Shown in pieces: positions 19,624-30,100 of a DNA stretch of 64,000 nucleotides. Below the pieces are notes generated by a model. It worked only from the letters and a program-made list of their open reading frames with translations, ran no database searches and was not told the origin of the DNA. A program made the translations under genes and the position numbers. Position 1 is the first letter of the stretch, and every line of letters starts with the position of its first letter. This stretch comes from Candidatus Obscuribacterales bacterium. GTDB lineage: Bacteria; Cyanobacteriota; Vampirovibrionia; Obscuribacterales; Obscuribacteraceae. The DNA is taken from the NCBI GenBank assembly GCA_965228855.1, contig CBDDIJ010000003.1, forward strand, positions 1,728,001 to 1,792,000, read 5' to 3'.

Positions 19624-21090
19624 TTAATTTCGCGCCGATTTAACTTGAGCCTCAAACGTATCCAGGTTGCGAAGCCGCTGCTCCAAAATTTGCGTCGGCA
19701 GCAGACCTTGCCTGGCTAGTCGACGCTTGCGAATCAAGCCTTTAGCCACCGTGTACGGCGTATTTAGCAGAGCATATGCTTGACCGGAGCAGTTAGAGAT
19801 CCTTCCGGAAATCGCCAGTTTATTCGCGGTAACAGGTTCACCACGGTAATCGTAAAATGCCACCGCAGATAGTGTTGAGCCTGCAACGCCGGTCAATCCA
19901 ATTAATGGACCTGAAATCGACTGCTGCTGAGCAATCTGTCGATACCGATCAATCTCCCTGGTTTCCCGAACAAGGTGCGAATCTATTCTTTCAGATCTGT
20001 CGTGCAGCATTAGTGCTGTAGCCAGCAGCTGATCGTCGTCGTTGTCGCCTCCGGGATGCTGATGTCTCAGTTCATTCAGTTGGTCTATCAACGGTCCCTG
20101 GAGGGGCGCAGGGCGCTCAATGTTGAATTCCTTCGCAAGCTTTCGCTCCTGATGTTTAGCAACCACTCTGCCCACGACGTTTTTAAAAATCGGGTTTATC
20201 GTAGCCGCGGAGTTCGACACCAGGGCACAAATGATGCCACCGCCTGCAAGGTCAGGCTCCTCAAGCGCCTTACGAGCCAATATCGCAGCTGTCATCCGGG
20301 TAAAACTCTGTAACGCGTCGATTGTGTAGAACGTATTCTCGCGCCAAGCCTGATCGCGAGAGTGACAGCTCCACGTTGCAAATTCGCAAATCAATTGTTG
20401 TCTGATCTGTTTCATCAAAGCTGTCTCGAGTTTACGAATCTTTCTTTGGACCTCGTCTGACATGGACTCGGTCATGCCATCTCGTTCTTCCAACAGCTTA
20501 TCGATGTTATTATTCCTCGCCCTGATGTACTCAATAGAATCCTCCGGTGAATAGCCTTTCTTCTTTGCGTGCCACATTACCCAGGCATTCTGTGCGAGTT
20601 CCAGACTTGATGCAGTTCCGCTCAATGCACTGCCTGTGATACCACAAGCAATGCTGTCCTTGACGGCATTTCGAGAGATCCCGCGTGGATGATTTAAATT
20701 CTTGCCCTGCTGGTAGATATCGGTTACGGTGCCTCCGAATGAGACCGCCGTTCCAGCCTCCCGTCCAAGTGCGTAAGTGAGCACTCGCCATCTCTGGTGA
20801 TAGTTAGCCTCAAGGTGAAACTTGACGTTAAAACGTGACAGTTTTATCAACTCAATGTAGATATCGCGGTCGACGTCATCCAGCTCTCGTTGAATCTTGC
20901 TATTGAGGACGGAGTTAGTAGTTTCTGCGTCTGCTGCTTGACCCTCGGTGTTCAGAAACAGAAAAACGAGACAGCTAAGTACAATCAGCAGCGGCGAAGC
21001 GAAGAAATGAAACCGGTTTGTCTTTTCGATGATATTTCTCACAGTGTCGATATTATCGTACAACTTGAGAATAAGAACCAGGATCTTCAC
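19624..21090 (-). CDS. Hypothetical alpha-helical membrane or exported protein
   Basis: 488-aa ORF with an N-terminal hydrophobic segment, Gly/Ala/Ser-rich helices and coiled-coil stretches. Start codon uncertain. Confidence 0.7.
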   Translation of the reverse strand: MKILVLILKLYDNIDTVRNIIEKTNRFHFFASPLLIVLSCLVFLFLNTEGQAADAETTNSVLNSKIQRELDDVDRDIYIELIKLSRFNVKFHLEANYHQRWRVLTYALGREAGTAVSFGGTVTDIYQQGKNLNHPRGISRNAVKDSIACGITGSALSGTASSLELAQNAWVMWHAKKKGYSPEDSIEYIRARNNNIDKLLEERDGMTESMSDEVQRKIRKLETALMKQIRQQLICEFATWSCHSRDQAWRENTFYTIDALQSFTRMTAAILARKALEEPDLAGGGIICALVSNSAATINPIFKNVVGRVVAKHQERKLAKEFNIERPAPLQGPLIDQLNELRHQHPGGDNDDDQLLATALMLHDRSERIDSHLVRETREIDRYRQIAQQQSISGPLIGLTGVAGSTLSAVAFYDYRGEPVTANKLAISGRISNCSGQAYALLNTPYTVAKGLIRKRRLARQGLLPTQILEQRLRNLDTFEAQVKSARN

Positions 21091-21160
21091 GCAAAGCTAA
21101 GCTCTGACCTGCAAGAGCAAGCCTCTTATCAACCGTTTTCACACAAAGTCTATGACCTGC

Positions 21161-24100
21161 TCAGTTTTTTGCGAACGCCGTGGTGCTCGGGCGCACTAGC
21201 TGTTTGTACTCGCTGCCACTCGGGTCAAGATGCATGTGAATTGCGACCGTCTTCATCAGGTGATTCGCAAGTTGCTTAGTGTGATGATGCTTCGATGCAA
21301 ACAACTGTTTGACCGGCATCACCGCACTGATTGCGTTCGGAATCGAGAATTCACTGGTGAACATCTTGGCATTACTGAAAGAATGTTCCTTCAGATTGCG
21401 GTGACCTATGAATTGAGCAGGATTGATATCGTCCATGGTGCGCACAGAATTGTGTGTAAGTAAAACGTGGTTACCTGGCGCCAACTTCACTTCGCGGTCT
21501 GCCACCGTTACTGATACCGCATTCTTATGAGCGTCGTCGATATCAAAGATAGCAACTCCATCTTTAAATGAAACCACGAAAACTACCGAATTGGCATCGA
21601 TGCGAATGTTACCGTGGGGCGTTTCAACTCTCGTGCTTACCGTTGGTGCAAACAATACTGCGCCCTTGTCTAGCCGGTGTGTGGAAGTCTCTGACTTCGT
21701 AAAATCCACGATTGTCGAAACATCCGACTTGATCTCCAGATCCTGATCGCAATAGACGATGCCTGGAATGTGTCCGCTCGAAAGTTCCGTCTCCGACATC
21801 CATCCGTCCCTCGGCTGTGTGCCGAAGTGAACCTGGCTTTCAGCCATACTGGAAAGAAGCTGACGTTCTAAGCCATTATCTTCTACAACAAGCTCAGCAG
21901 AACTAGTCGGGAACAAGTTCATCGAAGCACTCAAGTTCGCACTGTTCTGATTCGAGAGAATTGCAGCTTGCGGTGCGTCATGCGCAAACAATCCGCTGGA
22001 CAGTTGTGCTTGATTGCTCGTCAGTGCATCAAGGCGAGGGACGAAAGCTTCAAGCACAGTCGCGCCTGCTGTTCCCCGTCCTTCCGGTGTCGTCACCTGG
22101 GCGCTCCTCGAAGATGTCGCGGGTGAAGTCGGAAGTGATTGAATGGTTGAGGAAAAGGATTCGCTTGTCGAAGCAGACTGCGTCGAAGGGGAACTCGTTA
22201 TAGGCGGGTCCGCTGTAATGGAAGTACCACCACCTTCTACAGTGATTGCCTTCGCTGACTGCGTACCGGTGTTGAAGATCACACTCTTACCACCCAATAC
22301 GTTCATATCGATTGTCGGCGTTGATGCGCTGGTATCAGTGACGGTGATTCCGTTGGCACCAAAGAAGAAGGTGTTTGCCGGTAGCGGTGTTGTCACCGGA
22401 ACTCCGTCAACAGTAAACGTAACCCCTGTAGGCGCGGTTCCAGCTGTCGATGTCGTGCCACCTATCAAAATACTCACATCACCGCCTCCGAAACCGCTTG
22501 TGGCGATGTAAGAGCCGGCACCAATAGTGATAGTTCCTTTGGAAGCATTGTTGTTCTGCAGCGTAATGTGACCGTTGTTCGCGGTAATCAAGGCACCAGG
22601 GGCAGTCTCCAGGCTCTTAGCCGAAGTCCCTGTCGTGATGTCGACATCTCCATTGGCGGCACTGACGCTGTTGAGCGTGATCGAAGAAGCAACATCATTG
22701 ATTCGAACCAGAGTCTGTGAATCAGCAGACAGATTCGCTGCGCTCACTTGCAACGCAGCAGTCGTACCGATTCCACCCTGTGCCACCATTTGTAGAGTGG
22801 CGCCGCTAATCAGGCCACTGCCAGCGGTGTTGATATCTCCAAGTGAGTTCAGCGATATAAACGTCTTCTTCCCGCCGATGGCACTGGTGACATTGATGTC
22901 ATCCTGCGCGACAATCGAGATGACCTTGGATTTCGTCGAGGTGCTCGTAACGTTAATCGGCGATAAACCATCGCTGGAGATAACCGCTGTCCCGGCGTCA
23001 ATGGTCAGATTATCGGCATCAATCGAAAGCGGACTATCGCCGTTAAGGTTCTGCGCGACGACTCCCTTAGCAGTTAACACCATATTCGGTGCTGTAATCG
23101 TCCCCGTTGAAATAATATTTCCACCAGTTGCGCTAAACCGATTGGTAGCGCTCGAAAGAAGCGAAAGATTCAAATCTTTCTTCGCCGTGATGTCGACGTT
23201 TACGCCGCGCGCACCGACATTCGTCGCGTTGACGACAATTGGTGCATTCGATGCACCAACATCGCCGTTTATAGCTTGGAATTCAACATTTCGTCCGGTT
23301 ACAGTAGCCTTACTGGTTTGTCCAATCACGTCTCCAGTGCCAAATGTTCTGAATGTGAGATCAAGGGAACTATTACCGAATTTCTTCGGGACAATGACGT
23401 TTCCAATCCCCCCGGCTGCCAGCGTTATGAATCGAATGCCGGTCTTCGGCGTACTGAGCGCCGTCACATCACCACCGAAGTTTGTGATCGTGACACCACC
23501 GTTCACCGCACCAGTCACTATCGGGAAGCCTGCGATACCGTTGACCGGTTGAGTCTTACCTCCGATAGTCATAGTGTTTACCGGATCATTAGAGCCGAGG
23601 AGAATCTGACCACCGATGCCGTTCCCCTTGGCCGCAGCGCTGAGGGTGCCGATAATAGTCAAGTTACCCTGACCGTATGGTCCGCCGGCTACGAACTCAA
23701 GCGCGCCGCCGTTTCCATCGGCTCCAAAAATTTGATTAGAATATCCACTCGTGTCGACTGTGAGGTCGCCACCGTTGACGAATGAAAGAAATCCGGGACT
23801 ACCGGCAGTCGGTCCGCCTGAAATGTTGAAACTGAAGTGTCCGGCACTATTGGTGGTGTCAATGAAAGCGGGCGCGCTTCCTGTCTGCACAACGAATATG
23901 TTGCCACCGTCACCAGACCCCTTTCCACTTACATCGATCGCCAGAGCAGTTCCTGGAGTGGTACTCACCACTGAGCTACCTTGAAGCGCGATACTTGGTC
24001 CTTCGCCATCGGTACCCAGAGGTCCGAGGTTCAACTGAGCCTGATCAACAGCGAGAATGCCTCCCGTGCTGATATTCGTCGTACCACCCACGAGGTTGCC

Positions 24101-27100
24101 CACAGCGGAAACGTTCAACTGCCCCGCGCCCGTACCTGTTTGGAGCTGCGTTGTGTTGCCTTGCCGGAACTGTACGAAACCGCCGGCACCGACCGTTGCT
24201 AGATTCGCGTCTGCATTTAGTGTCAGCGCAGTCGTGCCCTGATTTAGCCACGAGAGATTTTGTGCGCCTACATATATGTTGCCGCCTGCTCCCGTTAGAT
24301 CTGCCGATACCGTGAGTGTACTCACAGGAAGCGCGAAAGTTCCGTTAGCTGCATCAAACTCAGCAGTTATCGCATTCAAACCTTCATTTGTAAAATCGAC
24401 TGTCAGATTATCGTTGGCATAAACAAAAACTAGCCCTTTGTTAGTTCTCAACTCTCCAGTCACGACCGAACCGTTCCCAATCGAGTCGTCGATAATCGGT
24501 TGAGTTGTAATCGGACCAGTGATCGTGATCGGGACATCATTGTTCAAAGCGCCAACTTCAATGTCAATCACGCCCAGGTTTGCGATGTTTTCACCGATGC
24601 TGATATCGCCAACTTGAATGGCGTTACCGGTCCCGCTGGACGGTCCAATCGCATACATTATGACGTTTCCGTTCTCCGACAAGCCGCCGGTTTTGACGTA
24701 ACCGCCGAGCGGTAGAAGAACCCGATTGTTAGCAGTTGTGGGTCCCTGAGCGATCAGGGTTAACTGTCCACCAGAGCCTGACACGCTGGACAGATCGATC
24801 TCGTCGGCAATGTAACCACTGTTTGATCCATCAAGAATTATGCTGCCCCCTGTTGCGCTGGACGGATTTCCAGCCGGCAATGTAATTGCATACGTGGTGT
24901 CATCAATTGAATAAAGCACGCCTGCCGCGGCAATAAAGGAACCGGCATCGCCGGCGGTGCCAGAGGTCGCAATTTTAAAGTTTGTATTGCCACCAGTTGC
25001 GGTGATATTACCACCGGCAACCATGATCAAGGATTGACCAGGGGAGAGAGTCAGCAAACCACCCTGAATCAGTCCACCGAAGTTAATATTGCCCGTGGTG
25101 GAGAGGCTAACGGTCGTCGGAGCGACAAGGCGCCCTGTGCCGGTCAAGCTCAAGTTAGCAGGATAGCCCACTGTGCTGTTATCTACGACCGCTGAGGTTC
25201 GAGTAGCCTCAATGACACCATTGTTGGCTAAACCAGCTGTTTCGATAAACATTGAAGCTGCTCTAACCAGTCCAGCGTTGCCAACTTGGACAGACGCAGC
25301 TCTCAGTTCAACTGTGGAGAATCTCGAATGCGCGCTGATTCCGCCGTCAATAACTATCGATGAAGCGGTTCCGCTCGTAATCAGTTCAATATTGGAACCC
25401 AGCAATGAGGCGTTTTCTGCCAGATTAAATGAGGTCGTGTTACCACCGGTTATCGAAAGAGTCGAGCCTATCGAACCCGTCACACCACTGAATCCGTCCA
25501 GAGTGACCGTTCCATTCCTGGTCGATTGGATGTAGACGTTTCTAGTCGCGGGTACTGTGCCAACATAGAACGCCCTTGCCGTAAGTGTAGGGACATCCGT
25601 TCTTATCGGATTTGACGCCGTGATGTTAGAACCGCCCAAGCTGGTCAAGGTAAGGCTATTTCCGGAAATGGTTCCAGAGGTTTGCCCCATGCCAAGGAAC
25701 GTAAAGATTTCGACATCACCTGCGGTACCAGTCAAAACAGGATTCGCGGTTATATTTCCGGTAATTTTGTTTCCAGGCTGCGTCATTGAGCCAGGCGCCA
25801 AACCATAACCAATCAGATGGACGTCGTAGCCATTGTTTTCGTATGCGAAAGTGCCTCCGACCGTGGCATTATTGGCATTCACACCGCTCACGAAAATGCC
25901 TTCACCGGTAGTTGCGGTGTAGGTCATAAGCGGAACGAGCAGCCTACTGTCGCCTCCAAAGTCTAGCGTGAGGTTAACTGGTGTCGCGAGGGTTCCAATC
26001 GTCTGATACGGTCCAGCGACAATGTTTATGTTTCCTGGCTTCACACTGATGGTAGCAGTCGGACCAGAGACCGTGGCTGCGCTATTGAAGAAGAAGTTTG
26101 CTGCAGGTGTCGTTCCTATCAGTGAGAAGGAACCATATGAGCCGGTGTTCCCATTGCGAGCCCCCAGGAAGATGTTTCCATCTTTCGTGTTACCTACGTC
26201 GCCTGTGGCGGAAGTATTGAAGAACCCGATGTCAGAACTTCCACTTGCCGAAGTTGAGGAAAACACATCGCCGGCAACTGCTTTACCGGCTCCGCTTGTC
26301 GTAGCCGATGCATCAATGCCGCCGTTGAGTACTGTTATACGTCCGGTCGAAACCATCCCGATTGAACCACCCGTAGCGTCGCCGCCGACGGAGGTGGCAG
26401 ATGTGATGATGTCATCTACGATGAAAATGATTTCGTTTGCCGATGCAATCTCGACTGAGCCGCCCTCTGCGGAAAGAGCCGATAGACTGGCTGCGGACGT
26501 ATTGATATCAAAAGTGGTGACAAAGTTGAATCCAATGAGCTTTACGTCTCCGCCTTTTCGAGCGGAGTTGGTATAGATATCCTGTGCTACGATCCAGTAG
26601 CCGCTATATTCTGAGACGGCACCGCCTTCGGTGAAACCGCTCGTGTTGATGTGCCTGGTGTTCAATGAAATCGAAGAATCGTTGCCACCGGCTATCGTTA
26701 CGTCACCGCCCGTGCCACCAATAGCAGTGACTCCAAAGGCGCTGGTATTGATGTCTTTCATAAAGAGGTAATTGCTGGCGCTGATAGTCACGCTGCCACC
26801 ATCACCAGCACCATTGTTATTAGAAGCGCCAGTAAGAATATCGTAACCGGTTATGAAACCGGCTGCTAGATCGACACGTCCGCCGCTTCCATTGCTCGCG
26901 CCAGTGTATCGCGCTGCAGTATCTATGTCTCCTGAGCCCCAACTGATCGAACGCTGAATATCGGTCACAACCTCTACAGTACCACCCTGACCATTTTGAT
27001 TGGTACCACTTGTGGAGGCATCGATAGATGCGAATCGAACATCGCCTGTTGAGCTTATGAACACGTTCCCGGCAGTAAGTCCGTTTGAACTCGTATCAAT

Positions 27101-30100
27101 GTCGCCGGTCAACACACCGGTGCTACCTGATACGATTGAAACACCGCCGCTTGACCCGGTCGCGGATGCCGTTGTGATGTTACCTGTGACAGTCGCGCCA
27201 CCGTTGCCACCAGACCTCAAGCTGACGGTGCTTTCGCTGACAGATCCGGTTGCCGTGTATAAGGAAACGATGTTACCGGTTCTCAACGTCGAGCCACTGT
27301 TGCTCGGATCGTTGTCACTGTTGAGCGAGATTCTGCCGTTACCGGTATCGGTCAAATCTCCAGTCAGGATGACGCCGGAACTTTCCATCAAGATGTTGCC
27401 ACCACCGCTGGCGTTGAAGGTCGTTCCCGTCAGGTAGCTCGAGGCGTTTATGTCGCCGCTTGTCACATGCTTCAACGCTTGCAACGTGACACCACCGCCA
27501 AGCGCACCGACACCGGTGCCGAATGTTGATATATCATTTGTGTAAACAGTCGCAAGCTCGGAAACAAACGCGACGGCACTGCCTGACCCGGCCGCATTCG
27601 AAGCATCGATCTTGCCTGCCACTACAATATCGTCGCCAGCCTTAGCGTTGAACAAAGAAACATCGAAGCCTTGCTGTACAGAAGCAAGCACTATAGCGTT
27701 GCGCGATCCTAAACCTATCTGAACACCACTGTTTGCAATCAGCCCACCGCGAGCATTAATAGCAATTGGTCCGCTGTCTCCACCGCTTATCAGATTCTCA
27801 GTGACGTTGAGCGTTCCCGATGTGACCAAACTGAAACCATTGTTGCCCGTAGCCTGCGTGAGCGCTCCAAGGAACATTGAGTCGCCAGTAGCGCCAACAT
27901 TTATAGGAACTATAAATCTGAAGTCCGGGCTGTTGATCGTGAAATCAATCGGCGTTCCAAGTGTCCCTTGCTGCGCCTGATACCCACCCGGTCTTATATT
28001 GATTGCGCTCGGGCCGGTGAGTGTTGTCGTGATATAGACGGTGGACGGAATAGTCGCCGAAGCACCATTCAAGCTCGCGGAGAGGTTGCTTCCGCTCAGC
28101 GCACCAGTTTGAGTGAAGGCACCATGTGTAATGTTCGTAGGATTAGCAACAGTAGAAGCGCCTGAACTCAAAAGAATAATATTGCCTGGCGCGGTCAGAG
28201 CACTGGTATTGATCGTGCCAACAGTAATCGCGTTTGCTCCGGTGCCACCGCTCGATATAAATACACTTCCTCCTCTTGCTTGCGGACCAATCTGACCGAC
28301 GAGTGAAGTGGCAGAAATGGCTCCCAGACTTATACCGCCGGAACTAACGACGGAAACGGAACCGGCTTGACCATTTTGAGCAATCGTATTAGTAGTCAAA
28401 GCCCCGACGGTTACGTTCGTAGAAGCCGTGGTGGCCGCATTATTTACAATCTCGATGAAACCAGCCGTTACACCGGAGGTGTCGATTCCACCGCTAATAG
28501 AGATGGTGGCTGCATTACCACTATTTCCCGTCACAAGGAAAACGTTTCCAATCGCATCTATCGAAGTAGAACCAAGTGATGTTATTGAAATGCCGTTCGA
28601 GGATCCGAGGACGACGTTGTTCGCCAGGATCGAGTTTGTACTTGCACTATTGATAGTCAGTGTAGTGGCAGCGTCCATCACGACGTCGCCGTTGCTATAA
28701 GAATTATTTGACGTATTTCCTTGCGCATTTACCAGACCAGTTGATATCGCGCCTGTCGTTGCTCTCGCGGTGATTGCACCAGCAGTGGTGGTCGAGTTTC
28801 CGCCTGTGACGAGTTCGTCCACCGTCACAGTGGAACCGCTCAGATAGATACTTCCGCTTGATTGGCCAAGTCCTCCGGACTGTCCGGAGACGGATGTTCG
28901 CACATCACGCCCCGTCAGGTTCAAAGCACCAGCCACCTCAATTCTGACGTTTCCGCCGACTTGACGGGCAGTAGTATTGATGTCACCAGTCGTGTTGGTA
29001 TAAGTCCCGCCGCGTATGAGCACGTTGCCGGCTACGTCAGTGTTCAAACTCTGATTACCGGTGTTGATGCTACCACTAGTGATACCAGCTGTCGCTGAAA
29101 CACTACCGACAGGAACAATATGTCCATCGGAAGCCACGGAGCCATCAGGGTTGAAGGTTATAGAGGTGCCAAAATCCATTCCAGCCTGGGATGCGACAAG
29201 GGAAACATCGCCACTTCCGGAGAAGGAAGACGACGCTGAGCCACCGCCGGAGGTGCTGATATTTCCTACCGTGATCGTACTTGCCAGGTTAGCACCGGCG
29301 ATGACCGACACGTTACCGCCCTTGCCGAAACTACTTGTTGTGATGATATCACCTGTGGTGACAACACCACCGGTAGCACCATTGGCGTACGCGACTATAG
29401 TGACATTGCCACCGTTTTCCTGGTTGAAGTCATTGTTATTGGGAGCAAACGGAAGCGTTGAGCTGGAGTTGATCGTGACATTGCTGAGTGTCACGCTTCC
29501 TCCCGCACCGCCAGTGAAATCCACAGTTGCCGTTCCTGTCGTAATTGAAGTACCGGGAATCGTAGTCGTAGTGGTGCCGGAAGTGCTCACATTTGCGCCG
29601 GCAATGATTGTAATGTTTGTGGAAGGCTTGAATACGCCTCCCTCGGGGGTGACAGAGTTCGCGGTGCTAATCGTGACTCCGGTTCCGGTGATATTTCCGC
29701 CCGCGAGAATTGTTATATCTTCATTGGCAGTGACGTTTCCAGTGATCGAAATATTGCCGGTACTAGCCCACGTCGGGTCCCCGTCCTGGATATTGTCTCC
29801 CATAATCAAGTTTTCAGTGTCGGCCGTGAAGTGAGCTGCATAGCCGCTTGTGTTTAGCGTTCCCGTCACTTGACCAACACTTCCGGTGAGGGCACCACTC
29901 CCGGTGCGTATGTTTAGAGCGCTGGACAGGTAGTCGCCGCCCAGCATGTCAACGTCGCCTGCAAGATCGCAGCTGCGCACATTTATGTTTCCTGCCGCCT
30001 GAATTGTGCCACCGACACCATTGATATCGAGACCGGTTCCAGCAGGCGCATTAATGTTAACGTCCCCACCGGAGGAAACAAGACCAGCGTTGTTCAGTTG

